This document shows, in pieces, positions 12,176 to 26,114 of a stretch of 64,000 bases of DNA. Source of the stretch: Auanema rhodensis (Eukaryota; Animalia; Nematoda). Position 1 is the first letter of the stretch. Every line of letters begins with the position of its first letter. The position numbers and the translations under genes are program-made. The stretch is from the NCBI GenBank assembly GCA_964057225.1, contig OZ059894.1:16926001-16990000 (forward strand), in the 5' to 3' direction. Under the pieces are notes generated by a model. That model ran no database searches, had not been told where the DNA came from, and saw only the letters and a list, made by a program, of their open reading frames with translations.

Positions 12176-15100
12176 ACAAACACATAACAAACAAATATTC
12201 CTTAATCAATTTACCTCGCCCCTCTCGTTTTTCACCTTTTTTTTTCTCTCATTATATTTGTTGTTCAAACCTAAAGCTCAGATGAAAAGTTTAATGTATA
12301 CAATAATATATATCTATATAATATAAACATTATAATTCTTATACTTTATAAGAATTAATGAGATTCATGGTGACTGAAGTTCAATTCGTTGATCTGATCT
12401 TTTTGAGATTACCTCATATACCAACTACCATGTAGCTTTATGTATCAACAACTTCATTTAGATTCTTTAGATCAAATTTGTATCCGTCTCCAATCAACTA
12501 TTTTTTTTTGAATGAAGGAGACTACTATATCAGCGGTTTCCTTCCTTGTTTTTCTTTTTTTTCGTTATTTCCGTTGTTCCAATCTAGAACCAATTGAACT
12601 AAACCGAGATTTAGACGTTTTAGAAGACATCCTATTTCGATAGCCGTCAAGTTGTTTAAAGAAACTTAAACAGATCTCTAATTACACTATTGAATCAAAC
12701 AAAAAAACCTTTTTAGATCTCAAAGAACTAAAAAATGTTTTTATAATTTCTATATGAATATATATATATTCAATATAAAAATTTATTTGTAAACTAAACT
12801 ACATACTATATGTATATAGAGAGATGTCAGAATTTATTTATAATTCAAGACAAAACTATATCATCACATATACACAAGAATGCTTTAGACTCAATGATCA
12901 TTCTCTTCTTCATTTATGAATAAAAAATTTGAAAAAAAAGATAAAATGATTGATTAGTATAGCATGACGGAAAATCTTTAATGTGTGATTTCATTTAGAG
13001 TTCAAACAAATTAGATATACAAAGTGTGTGATTATGTATGTAGTTAAGTTATTCACCGATAAATTAGTTAAACAATTTGAACAATTATAAAGAATAGTTA
13101 AATAGAATTGAACAAAAGAATTAAGCTTAAGTTAATTTTCTTTACTTTTCATGATCTATAAGTTTTCTTGATGGAATAACTGAAAATTAAGTTAAGGTAG
13201 GAAAAGAATAGCGAGATCATGATCAAAAACACGTCAGATTCAGCCTCATTCATGCAGTAAATCAGAAGTTTTAGTAAAAGGTAATTTAAGAAAAAAGTTT
13301 ATGAGTCATGTAAGTTGGTAAGTCGTCACTACCAAATATGCTTGAGGAAGTAGACCTCCATGCACCCTCTTGAGTTGAGCTACATCTCAATACTAATGCT
13401 AATACATATGATGTTGATTTCCGGGTTCGAAAGCACAAAAGAAATGCAAAGGTCTGGAAAAACTCACATGGAGATTCATAGTTTTCCGCTTTATACACAT
13501 CATCAAGCTTGCAATTTCGGATAACATGTAACAAGCTTAAGGATTTAAAGACTCAAATTCCATAATTTACATAAATGAATGTATGTAAGATGATAAGTTT
13601 CTTAGTTAGACTTCCTTTTCAAATTTCTTTTTTCCAGAAAAGGGTAACGAAACAGGAAGTTTTGAAAACAATCGAGTACTTTTAGAAAAATACATTTCTA
13701 CCTTTTTTTTTGTTTAGAATTAGTATTCTGAAAATGTTGACTTCCTTCTACTTTTGAATAGCTTACATTCAAAAAATAATTGCCAGCTTATACTTGTATA
13801 TGATTTGTTTAACTCAATTTTTATATAAAATATTATTATGTATTTCAATAATACATATATTCATAACTTTCAATATAGGTTAAAGATCTATAAAAAAATA
13901 TTTTAAAATAACCATTTATAATAATTTATTTAATATAGTTTTTTATAAAACTTTTACTGCCTCTATATTAAAATTCAGAAAACAAATAGTTAAACTTACA
14001 ACTTGAAGATAATCCATTATCTTTTTGTTGGTAAAAAAAATTGAAAACGATGAGAGACAGAGGATACTTTCCAAATTCAGAATACGCGAAGTAAGGACGA
14101 GAAGTCAAGAATACGAGTATTTTCAGATAAGTTATTCAAATGATGCGATGTAATTTGAAAGAAGGGGCCAGAAAGATGGGCAATAAGAGGGAAAAGTGTG
14201 CAATTGAATAGTTAGAGAGAGAAAGGGAGAGATAGTTTGTTGAGGTTTCGGAAATCTGAAGAGTTTAAGTTTGTGTGAGCAGAACAAACTCGCCAAGCAG
14301 AGCCAAATGAGTTGAACAAAAAGTGAAAAGTGGGAGGAGCTTTTAGATTGCCAAAGAAAAAAAGGATGGAGGGAGAAGCCGTTCCGAACCACAACTACAA
14401 TACTTCTATTTGTAATCTACAACCATTATTCAGATAAAAACAGTCAAGTTTAGGTAAAAGTAGAAAAGGTTAGCAATCAAATAGTTGTGAAAGCAATTAT
14501 AATTCTAAGAATAGTTATTTTGAGACTTTTCAATAACCTTGATATCAGAATTCAAGTACAAATGTAATACTCATACCCATGCACGTGCTATAATACAAAA
14601 GATGTTTTTCTCCTCTTTTCCAGCAAATCGTTGAATATTCGTAACTTTTGAGGAAAAAAATATTTCTTTTCAGTCTTTTGTCCTCAAAAATACAAACATT
14701 TGGAGATATTTTGAAGCTTTTTCATTATCTAAATGTATATATCAACATGAATCATCACATATTGATATAGCCATCACAACAAAGGATTTTTTTAAATTTC
14801 GAACAGAATTTCAAGTGTTCATTTAAAATTCAACGTAAACGTCATTATTTCGAATAAGTAGAGGTTATTCACATGAAATTTTCCAAAAATCATGTTGTTT
14901 TTGTTTTTCCTTTTATTTTATTTTAAAAAAAATCTGTGAAATTACATAATTAAACTCACAGCGCTTTCTGATTTGAGTGCCATAATCCGATTCATAGTTA
15001 AAGCGTATGGAACCGGCCCTGCTGTACTGAGATGTGAACACTGAAAAAGACATTTTCTTTCAATCTGAAGAGTTTTCTCAAGCTTTTTCTGGCCCAAAAG

Positions 15101-16122
15101 AACGCTTTTTACGTCAAACGAACATATTTTAAACAATTCAACTGTTTATAGAAATATGCGATGAACCCGCTATGGTTAAGTATACATATTTCAATATTTT
15201 GAAACATTTTATATTCTAATTTTTTCAAAACAAAATGAATAATATGAAATAATCTTATGAATAATAAATAAAATAATAATTGAAGTACCTCGAGTTGAGC
15301 TTCAGCTTTCAATGTGCTACGAGATTTGTTCTTTTTGGTATAAAGCCGTAAACGTATTGAAACTTGAGCAATATCACCTGTAATACAAGGATACGACTTC
15401 ATATTCTCTATTATATTTGAAATATTATTGTAAATATGATTTTCAGCTTTTATTCTATTTTGGCCTATTTAAAAATTTTTTTCCTATTCATGTTCAATTT
15501 CTAACAATAGAATCTCTTTTTGGTTGTTACATTGCTCAAGTTTTAAAGTTTCTCAAATAAGAAACGATAATAGATGACTTAATCCAACATAACTTGATGT
15601 GAAGTTGGATATGCAACCTAGAACGATCGTAATTTTTCAAAATTTGATTTAGATAAGGAAAAGGTAAAGTAATCAAAAAACAAATCTTTGAAGGTGAAAT
15701 CCAATATATCAATAAGATAAATTAGTAATTGTTATTATATAAATCTTTTCTTTCTCAACTTTATTAATTTCAAAAAAAAAAAGAAAAAAGAAAAAATTAA
15801 CTATAAGATGAAATATATATTAAAGTTATATGCATGAATAAACTATTAAATTATAGTTAATTAAATTATAAAGCAAATTTTCAAAAAAAGAAAACTTGTT
15901 TCGAATTTTTAATTGTATTCGATTTGTTATTAGAAATTGAAATGATGATAATTGCATTTCATGATCTAAATATCTTTACATAGTTATGATGTTATAACTA
16001 TAAAAGTACAATATAACAAAAGAATCTGATAAGAAATCAAGAACTAGTTATAGAAACATCTTAAAGATACGTTTGAAATAAAAATCAGCATAAAATGATA
16101 TAGCTTAGAAGACTGGAGAGAT

Positions 16123-16186
<64 letters not shown>

Positions 16187-16210
16187 GGAGAGAAAAAGAG
16201 CGATAGAGAA

Positions 16211-16281
<71 letters not shown>

Positions 16282-17253
16282 AAGAGAGATAAGTAAAAAA
16301 ATTTTGTGCGTCAAATGCTCATCGTTCAACTCACTTTCTTCGACTTGACTGAAAAAAAATGTTTCTCCAAAGATCGGATTGTTTCCTGCAACTAGTGAAG
16401 TTTGCTGCTTAGGCACTTTAGCACAAGTTAAGCTCAGCCGCACCTGTAAATGTCATTTCCTTTTTAAGATACATAGTATATGAACCATAAAATCTAATAT
16501 ATTTGAACATTGATTATATAATATACGTATATACAAGAGAAGTTTCATCATGATCATTCATCAATCATGATTCAAATAATAAAAATCACAGTTGAAATGA
16601 AGTAAAGTGAATGAAAACTTTTTTTTTTCGATTATAATAATTTACAAAAAGAAGTACAACCGTATATGTATATAGCAGCTGTTGTAGAAATAAATTTCAC
16701 GTCAAATGTGAAAATAAAATATTTAACCCATAAATGAGCATATGTATATACGTTTATAAGTATATAATAATTATATAAAATATAAAAAAATGTTTCGAAA
16801 AAAATTAAAATTTCATCCCATACAATTGAAACAAATTTTTAAAGAAAACTAATATATAGTATGTGACATAATATATAATATAATATAACTTACACAACTT
16901 TGTTCTTCTGGATCAACGTCATCTGTGAGCAATTTGAGAATTTTAACTATGACTGTTTTCTTCTGGAGACTGTATTGAGCTACTAAATGTAATTGACATT
17001 CTGAAGGTGTTCTATCAAACACATGATGATCAGCTAAATAGGAATGTAATGAAGCAACCTAAACGAATAATAAATATTAAAAATAAAAACAAAAAGCATA
17101 TTATACTTCTGGATCATCAACAATTATCTTTGGCCTACGTTCATATTTCTCAAACTCATCATCACTGTACTGAGGATAATTTCTTCTTATTGGTATCAGA
17201 AAGCTTCCTTGTGGGCAACATTGAAGAAAACAAGCTGATAAATATGAATACAT
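4235..17253 (-). CDS. Synaptotagmin-14/16-like tandem C2 protein, Ca2+-independent type
   Basis: In-phase exons 17107-17253, 16894-17058, 16335-16443, 15289-15377, (uncertain ~9046-9165), 6151-6273, 5345-5438, 4949-5064, 4539-4691, 4235-4285. C2A: LHLVAQYSLQKKTVIVKI...VRLSL...NPIFGETFFF...IRLRLY. C2B: PELLISLSY...PPDTFIKI...QKTDLVKGNSEPHY...QMGWLAVGLNSSTPDAQEHWEQMIQGQGISVSKWHPL; the GWxxxGxNSS...HWxxM...WHxL tail resembles SYT14/16. Confidence 0.88.
9208..9238. repeat. (TATG)n microsatellite
   Basis: Direct reading, ~7 units. Confidence 0.9.
11044..11071. repeat. (GAA)n microsatellite
   Basis: Direct reading, 9 units. Confidence 0.9.
11792..12172. repeat. Two (AT)n microsatellite blocks (~11792-11900, ~12105-12172)
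   Basis: Direct reading. Confidence 0.9.
14000..14017 (-). CDS. Candidate alternative first micro-exon (MDYLQV) of the synaptotagmin gene
   Basis: ATG GAT TAT CTT CAA GTT|GTAAGT; phase 0 matches the phase-0 intron that contains it; promoter-like pyrimidine-rich sequence upstream (14040-14400). Confidence 0.35.
16125..16288. repeat. Interrupted (AG)n microsatellite
   Basis: Direct reading; source of the poly-SL part of ORF 16105-16443. Confidence 0.95.
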
Positions 17254-18914
17254 CTGAAACAATCATTATAAATGAATATTTGAATTAAATTAATTCGCAA
17301 GATTGCAGATAAAATGCTTTAATTTTATCAATAAGCATAATGAAATAACGGTTAAAATATTAATAATTAAGTGAAAATATATGATATAACTGGAATAAAG
17401 CTGAAAGAAGTTTGAACAGAGTATGAGCAGAAGAAAATGTCAATGTAGATTAGCATGTATGGTGACTTAAAAAGATTTTTCCAACATAAATGGTTAAGAT
17501 ACACGTAATATAAAGAAAATGAGAATAAAAAGGTAAAAACAGGATATGCAATGCTTGCTTTTTCCGTATATTGTGACCCCCAGAAGAACTAGTAATAGTT
17601 AGAAAAAAATTACGATTAACTGAGAATGATGAAAAAAGAAAATTTGATATATATCTCATTTAATGAAAGAGAGGAAAAGTTTTCTTTTGTTTTTGTTCAC
17701 ATTATTTTTAAATGAAATAATTAATTATATAATTTGATAATTTAAAAAATATTATCATCTATAAATTATATATTTACATAACATCAACTATAATTATTCA
17801 TATACTTCTATGGATATACATACATACATAGAAATATATAATATTATAAATTTTTTGTTTATTTTGACTTTTATTTTTATTTTTTATTGCCAACGAAAAC
17901 ATTGAAAGTTAACTCAAAACTAGAATAGCAACAAATGTTTCAATTCACAGATATTGTAATACTTTGTGAATTTTTTTTATGCTTAGAACCTTAAATAATA
18001 GTAAAAAATAAACATAAAACTCGGTAAGTTTGTTAAAGCGATAACCTCAATTGGAATTTTTTGTACATCTGGATCCCAAGAACATAAAATGAGTAATGAA
18101 ATAGAATTGTGTTGAAGCAATAGGGTAAGTTCGTATTTTAATTTTTAAATAAAATGAAGACAATGAAGAAAGAAATTGGGTTTACTATTTGAAATTAATA
18201 GAATTGTGATTTATCAACTATATGATCATAATCATTATATCTCAAATGTTGTAGTTAACAGCAGTGAAATACTTAAAAAACTTCCAAAACTTAATGATTT
18301 AGGAACAAAAAGGAGAAAAAGGAAATTACTATGAAATACCTCCTACTCAACTGAATCGTTTCCATACGATTAGTGAAACTGAAGTTCAAATGACCTGTGA
18401 TAAGCAAGATGAGTTGCCATTTAAAACTTCTCCAATATGAATTGGTTTTAATGAGATTGTGGCAATTTAGAGATTAATGATTAAACTAATATTATGAAAT
18501 TCGAAAAAGAAAGAAAATTAGCCTATTTACAACTTTTTGTTTAAAAGGAAAACTTTTTCTTGTAACGATTGGGGGATTTTTCGGCTGTGGAAATTCTTCC
18601 CAATGTCTGCAATATGGCAACAGTTGGTTTAAAATGGACATTATTCCATTGTTAATAGCTTCAGAAACAAAACGATGTATGTAACTAATGTATGTATTGA
18701 ACTATATCCGGAACAGTGGTATTCATTAAGTATGACGTAAACTTAGCTGAATATTTGTATGAAAGTTCAAAAAATGACTAGTTTTATGATATACTATATT
18801 ATGAATTTTGAGACCTTGATCTTTAATTGTTAAAGAAAAGCAATTTCAGAGCATGGTTGAAAGTAAAAGAAAGAAGTAATGATAGAGAGAGAATGGGGCA
18901 AGAAAGAAGAAAAG

Positions 18915-18921
18915 AGAGAGA

Positions 18922-18960
<39 letters not shown>
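18915..18960. repeat. (AG)n microsatellite
   Basis: Direct reading. Confidence 0.95.
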
Positions 18961-18963
<3 letters not shown>

Positions 18964-20111
18964 AGAAAGAGGGAAGAATAAGAAAAAGAGGAGAAAGAAT
19001 AACATTGAAGGTTGACTATGTGAATAAAGCCGAAACAGAAGGGCAAGAGGGTAAGCAATGTACGAAAGATGGATTATAGCATATAGTTGTCTAGACCGAT
19101 AAATGAACAGAAATAGTATTCAAACTTAAAAACAGTTTTTCAAAGTGCAGAAAACTATCGGAACAGAAAGTCAGAGTTGACTACAATGACTATGAATGAA
19201 AGGAATATATGGATATACATCTGTAGATATGATATTTGCTTCAATTGCTGATATAAAAACTATTTTATAATCATTCAAATAAATTTATGAAAGAAAAATG
19301 TTATAATGTATTAGAAACATTCAGTCAAGAAGTTTAGCTTGGCTTGTTGGGGTGTGTGGTGTATTTTATACTTCGACTATTTATACATACGAAATCAGAT
19401 GATGTGACTGAAAAATGAATGATGTCATGAACACTAAGAAAAGCTTGAACAAGAAATGAAGAGAAATATGTATCAAATAGAAAGAAAATGAAGGAGAACT
19501 GCAAATGAGAAGAGGAGTGAGATAAGATCGTTAGGTAGGAGGGTGGAAAAGAGAATTTAACAGTATCTCATCATATCGACCACATTATTGTTAAATCCTT
19601 TATTCAAGTGCTCCACGAGTTAAACGCAATTTTCCATTAAACATGCGGTTTATGTACTAGAAAAAGCTATATTTAGTCTATCTATTTGGATAGGATCATC
19701 AAGATATATGATGAAGTATAGGGATTTTGACAATGATCAGACAAGTTTTCTCACATGTATTTAAAATTAAATAATAAAATATTTAATGTTGTATGAACAT
19801 TTGAAATTGAGAATTGTGAATATGATAGAGTTATAGACTGAACGAACTCAAAGCTCATGTTCAGTGTGAAGAAAGTTTCATGTATGACATAAAAATATTA
19901 AGAGGACTGGAGATGCATGAAAAGAGTAAAAGAGAAATAAAAAAAAAGCTAAAGAGAAATATGTAAAAAGGATAGCTAATATTGAATAGATAGAGGGAGG
20001 GTAAGAAAGAAAGAGAAAATGAGAGGGAGGGAACGAGGGAGGTAGAAAAAAATAGAAAAAGTGAAATAGACAGTTGAATGAGAAAAAAAGAGAGTTGAAG
20101 AAAAGAAATAA

Positions 20112-20124
20112 GAGAGAGAGAAAT

Positions 20125-20175
<51 letters not shown>
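20112..20175. repeat. (AG)n microsatellite
   Basis: Direct reading. Confidence 0.95.
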
Positions 20176-20176
<1 letters not shown>

Positions 20177-20251
20177 ACAGGCAGGAAAAGGGGTGGAGAA
20201 CGAGACTAGTCTGAATGCAACAGCTCAGTGCATATGAGTGATGTAGAATCA

Positions 20252-20284
20252 TCGCGAGAATTACGTGAAATTCACGTATACGTG
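20252..20284. repeat. Dispersed ~33-bp TCGCG-N5-YACGTGAAA-NN-CACGTATACGT element, copy 1
   Basis: TCGCGAGAATTACGTGAAATTCACGTATACGTG aligns without gaps to 35596-35628. Confidence 0.65.
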
Positions 20285-23200
20285 TAATTATATTCAAATT
20301 AATGTTACCGCGATTAATAAACAGAAGATAACTGAACATAAGCAGAAATGTGAGAAAAATATTTTCTTTTTTTGAAAAATAAAATATTAGAGAATATGTT
20401 GGAATAAATTTTTGAACATGATTCTTGTTGCTGTTGTAGTAAGAAAATTTAAGTTAGAATTGACACATTGTCATAGCATCATTGTCTTATTTGTATACAA
20501 AATTAAAAAAATATTATAGCTTTTTCAATATTTTCAATAGTTTCAATAAGTAGACGATAGATTATTATAGAATAAAAATATTTTTTTCACATTATATAGT
20601 TTGGAAGAAGTCATAAGATTAGGAAGATGTATTGACTGACTGACAAACTACATGATCCTTGTATGAGCTAACAGCGTTCCTGCTGATCCACAATTAATTA
20701 GCTTTGAAGCATTCTCTACTTAAAGAAACTTCATGAGCAGTTTTATAATGAAACTAAAAACTAAATATGTTCCTTTTTTATTTTGATAATCAAAACAAAC
20801 ATAAATAAATAAATAAACATATATTATATATATTATTAATAAAAATGAATTTTTCATATAATCAGATACACTAAATACACAAGATAAAATACGTTCTTAC
20901 ATCATGATTGATTCCAACTGTTATACTCTTCTTCGGTTTCAATTCATCAAAATAACAAGAAAGATATAAACAGAAAGACGATAGCTAACATTCCGTAAAA
21001 AAAACACAAAAAATCAAGATTTTTCTCAGGATTAATTTTTAATTTTTGTTCGGGAAATTGAGAAGTATTCAAACTGAATATCATAAAAATCAAACAAAAA
21101 TCAAGTAAGAAAGAAAGAATAGATTTTAAATAAATATGCACATAAATGGCGTTTTTGAATGAATCAGGTTAATAAATCACATTAATACTATAATTTAGAT
21201 TTTCTTACATTATAATGATGAAGATGATGTTCAAAAAATGAAAAAAATGGAGTCAATGTGTCTCGTTCCATGAAAAATCTCTGAATGTATTCCAAAAATT
21301 TTTAAAATTCTTGGAAGTAGTTTTAAGATGAATATTTTTCTCTTAGATACATCTTCAACATGAATATCAGAATTCCGCTAAAAAAACGAAGACGACATGT
21401 AAACCTCAGCATGGAATAACAATGATACAACTGAAAATTCATTGTTTTTGTGGAAAAATTCAAGAAAACGCTTTGGAGGGAAGGTGAGTGTATATGTATA
21501 CTAGAGCTTGTTGACATCATGCTTAAGAAAGTTTAAGTTCAGCGTTTAAGTACGTTTAACGTCGGAAATTGGGGAGAACGAGCATAAGGAATAATTTAAG
21601 ATTTTTTGAGAAACAAATTGTTTTGCATGAAAATAACACATGATTCTCTCAACTTGATTAAAGTATTGTAATCTTAGAGCAAAAAAATATGATAACTTCA
21701 AGAATATTTTAATTTTTGAACATTCCATGTAAAGACTTCCCTACTAAAACATAATTATATATGAAGAAGGCTTTACATCAGGAAAATATAATAGAACTTT
21801 TTCGTCTTTAAAAAAGAATAATAAGTAGTTTACCTTTTAGTTATATAACATATAAAAAATAAAAATAAGCATAGCTCAATAACGGTGGCGTGATCTAAAA
21901 AAAATCTCTGAAAACTACTATTGGCTTTAGTTTTCGTTTCAAAATTATATAGTAAGCATATAGTATGATGGCATTGCAAAATGAATGTTACAATTATTAA
22001 TTGAAAAATGAAAAAATAATATTTAAAAGTTCAAAAGGTTATTGAAGTGAATATTAAATGTTGAGATTGTAATGCCTAAATAGGGTGCTGCTGTTTCAAA
22101 AAAAATGATGTAAATCAAGAAGCTCAGCCAAAAAGCTCATGAATACATGATGAACCAAAATGAATTGGTAACGATGTGAACAGAGAGTTGAACCAAAACA
22201 GGGGAAAAATGACAAAAAGACAATAGAAAATGAAGAGGTGTTGAAGATGGTGAAGGAAAGAGTAAGAACAAGCTAGATGAAGAGGAAAAGATAAGTTGAA
22301 GATTGAAAGAGTAATGAAGAGTATAGAGCTAAGCAGTATGGTAAGGCTAATGTAGAAACAAAACAACAACAAATACGTTTTTCTCTCTTCTTCAATGAAT
22401 CTTTTGAATGGTGTAATGCAAATTTTAAAAAAATTCATACTTAAGCAATTAGCATTATTCCATTGCAGTTGTCTTTAAAGAAAGAAAAAAAATAGAAGAA
22501 AAAAGGAATTTTTATGTTCAATTATACTGTTTTTATATACTTAATTAGAGAAAAGAAAGCAAATTGAAAGAAGAAAAAAGGGATGAAGACAAGAAGAAGA
22601 CAAATTTGGGCTTTCAAATGAAAAAGGGATGATTGTTTCATGTCATTTCACTACTAACTTAGAACAAACTGGATATTGTTGAGACGAAACTAAAAGAAAT
22701 CGCTAAATAAGGTTTTCATATAGTTGAATCGTTATAGTGCTTGTTGCAAAAATATATTCTAGCCATAACGATGTTTTGGGCCTAATAAATTTCTTTTTGA
22801 AATGGCCATTAGATATAGTTTGAACTTCTTATAAGATGAACTATGTATATGAAGCTTTTGCAGGAAAATATTAATCAATGATTTCTTCCATATTAATGTT
22901 AAAAGGTAAATATGATTCAATATCTATTCATATAGTTAATATTTTAAATTCAAAAATCAATAAATAAAAATGAAGAATAGAATGAAATAGTAAATAGTAA
23001 AAGCTATGTGCTATATAACTATAAATCATATAACTTGGAGCCTTCATTTAATTTCCGTCAAATACACTCCTTCTCTAGGAGCCATCTCAATTACATTTAC
23101 GTTTTCGTGAGCCTAGTTTGCTCTATAAATTTGAAAAAGAGTAACAGTGAATGATAGGAAGGCTGAGAGAGAGAAAGAGTAAAACAGATAGAGAGAGGGA

Positions 23201-24304
23201 GGGAAGAGAAAGTGAGAGGGAGGAGGGGAAGGAAAGCCCTGGTGTATAAATGATGGATGACAGACAGAATGATAAAAAGGAAATAAAAGGTACAAGCCAG
23301 CGATTGAAAACTGCCAAAAAACTTTTTTTCCCAAACTTTTCAAGTTGATATGAGAAATTGTTCTGGACCAAAGTTGATTAATTAGATCTATTATAAATAT
23401 GCTTATAATATATATTTTTTATTCAACACTTCCCATGAATATTTGCGAATGTTTTTCATATCATTGAATACGTTTTTAAAATTTTTTTTTTCGTAGAAAA
23501 TCATCTATTATTAGTTTTTTTTTGAAATAACTAAGAATAGCATACTTGTATAGTATGTAGATATATGGATCTATATATGGATCTATACATATATGTATAT
23601 CTCATATATACATGCATAGAGTACAGTAACAAGTTCAGAAAAACTTACTTTTCATCTGATTATTTTATGAAATTCTTCTACACTTATGGAATTTAAAGAA
23701 TTCATAATATATTTCATGAAGAAAATATTAAACGAACACAAGCTGAAAGACAAATAACGTTTTGGATGGATGTCCACATTTCCGGATATTTTGCACTTTA
23801 TTTTCTTAACATTCTAGGAAACTAGTACTATATAATGAATCAAGTTATAAAATTTTTTAAAAGAAGAACAATGAATTTGAGGAAATATCAAAAGAAAGTT
23901 TTTGCTGGTCTGCTCAAATTTTTTTTTGGGAGAAATTTCAATATTGTTATCTTGTTCTTTGAATCTTACAACTTTCTCAATTCACAATGAGGCGGACTGA
24001 AATTGGAGTGGAAAATATTTCCTAGATTTTTAAATTTTAATTTTTAAATATTTTTAGAATTGCTTATAAGTGGATCTGACATTGTTGAGAATGTTTCGTT
24101 AAAATTGTAATTTAATTGGATATTCCATTAAGCTTTTACGAATTGTGACTGCATCGTGATTTTGCTTGAATTGTAGTCAACAGCCCATCGTAATATCCTA
24201 GAAACATATATAAGAAATATGAAATAACTTATATTTTTTCAGATTGAAATGGTATATGAAGTCTTAATGTGAATCGTAACTAAGAGCATTTTATTGCGTC
24301 CATC

Positions 24305-24318
24305 GTTACCATGGCAAC
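24305..24318 (+). promoter_or_regulatory. X-box (DAF-19/RFX binding site)
   Basis: GTTACCATGGCAAC matches consensus GTHNYY-AT-RRNAAC and lies ~107 nt upstream of the xbx-1 ATG, the usual position for nematode ciliary genes. Confidence 0.95.
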
Positions 24319-24402
24319 CTGTCAATGACCAGCCTCTGAGCTCTTATAACGATTTTTATTTTATTGATTTATATTTATTATTAAAATTATATTTTATCTG
24401 AA

Positions 24403-24410
24403 TTTTTCAG
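24403..24410 (+). promoter_or_regulatory. Probable SL trans-splice acceptor of xbx-1
   Basis: TTTTTCAG 15 nt before the ATG, preceded by an AT-rich outron-like stretch with no evident donor. Confidence 0.6.
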
Positions 24411-24425
24411 TTATTGCATTAAAAC

Positions 24426-26114
24426 ATGAACATTTGGGATTTAGCTAAGGAAAAATTGAAAGAAAAAGAATCCAAATTAGCCGAACTGGACGAAAAATTA
24501 GAAAATAGTACGACATCAGGTATATTTTTTAGAAATAGTTACAGTTAAATAAATAACAAATAGTAAATAAATAAAAATATTCTTAATATTTGATTTAAGT
24601 CTCCAGTCAAATACGACTAAGGAGAGAATCAGTTTCAATAGTATGTGGCAGTCGACAATGCGTGAGTTTCCAACAATAGTTTTTAATTTAAAATTACCGT
24701 TGTTCCAGGGTAAAACAACATTTATACATAAATATTTGGAGAAAAACGAAGAAACCCGACCAACAATTGGTTTAGACTATCTATTCGGACGTAGAACAAG
24801 AGGAAAAGTTGTTTATTCGATTTTTATGTTCATATTTTTATTTAAAAACTTTTATAGGTGAAAGATTTATGCAACATTTATGAATTAGGTGGTGGAATTA
24901 GGCTTACCAATTTACTTCCAGTTCCTCTTAATGTTGAGAATATTGAGTAAAAATAACATAATTTACATTTGTTTTGAACATTTTTGTTGTAGAGTTACTT
25001 CTCTTATATTGGTATTGGATTTAACGAAACCACATGAGATGTGGCTAACTCTCGAAGGAATCATATCAAATGTTAAAAAAGAAATTGATAAAATTCTTAA
25101 GGAAATGTCACAAAATAGTAATATATACTGACAAGTACATAAAGATGATATATACTATTTCTAGATTCAACAGCTGCACAAAGGTTTCAAGCTGCTCAAG
25201 CTGAAAGACTTAAATCATATGGAGTATGTTATCCTTTTTTCATTGTTTTTCAAACTTATTTGGTTATAGGATCAAATTCGGATGTGTTCTCCATTAGCCA
25301 TACCTCTTCTCATTATCGGAGCAAAATATGATGAATTTCAAGTTTCTTAAAAAGTTTTAATATAATCTTAACAAAAGTTTACAGAATGTTGAATCCGAAC
25401 AACGTCGAAATATATGTCAATGCTTACGTTTTGTATCATATTATTATGGAGGATCATTAATGGTATGAGAGTGTATAATAACAAAAATATTAAATATTCA
25501 ACACAAAATATAATATTATTCTTATTTACTTCATATTTTATATTTATTTTTTTCTATTTTTTTTAGTTTTATTCATCTCGAATGGAATCACTTGTACGTT
25601 ATGGACGATCTATGTTTAGTCATTTTGCATTAGAAACAGCTATGCCTAAAACAGTTATAACAGATCATAATAAGCCTTTGCTTGTTCCCACCGGAGAAGA
25701 TACTTTACAAGTTGATGATTTTGATGTTTCATATCTAATTTATATTCTCAGGATATTGGAGCTCCGCCTGTTGTAGAAACTTCTTATGCTAGAGCAAGTC
25801 AGCCAATCGAGCTATGGAAAGAAGCATTTAACTCCTTATATCCACAAAAGGTTCAGAATATTTCGCCCATTTTTTGGCTAATAATCAATTTATTAAAGGA
25901 ATCTAATGAAGTTGGAGATGATCCTACTGTTGATCCATTATTTAAAGAACCATTGATTGATAAATTAATTGAAAGAAAGCTCAAGGTCTATTATACCTAA
26001 TCGTCTGATTGCTTTACATTTAAATTCATTTAGGACTTGGAGATATACCAGAAGCAAAAAAAAGATAGAATTGCTGCTGTAGAAAAAGCAATTACACGTA
26101 TTGCTGGCTTATAA
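24426..26114 (+). CDS. xbx-1: Cytoplasmic dynein-2 light intermediate chain (DYNC2LI1/D2LIC), 12 exons
   Basis: Spliced product MNIWDLAKEKL...VCGSRQCGKTTFIHKYLEKNEETRPTIGLDYLFGRR...KDLCNIYELGGG...LILVLDLTKPHEMW...[43 protein letters not shown]...DHNKPLLVPTGEDTLQDIG...WKEAF...DPLFKEPLID...AGL*. These are DYNC2LI1 motifs, and there is an upstream X-box. Confidence 0.96.

Noticed and set aside
12214-12252. Possible minus-strand first exon ATGAGAG(A)9GGTG...GAG|GTAAAT
   Set aside because: In-frame TGA as assembled; it would open only if the homopolymer length is wrong.
13286-13534. GC-richer ORF with GGTTCGAA (T-loop-like); possible tRNA/SINE or transposon relic
   Set aside because: No cloverleaf or A-box, no TIR/TSD, no recognisable protein motif.
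18823-20339. ORFs rich in SL/ER repeats or Phe/Leu (18823-19079, 19878-20339; also 22124-23371 and the 61632-61991 extension)
   Set aside because: Translations of (AG)n and purine-rich tracts; no splice-consistent gene model.
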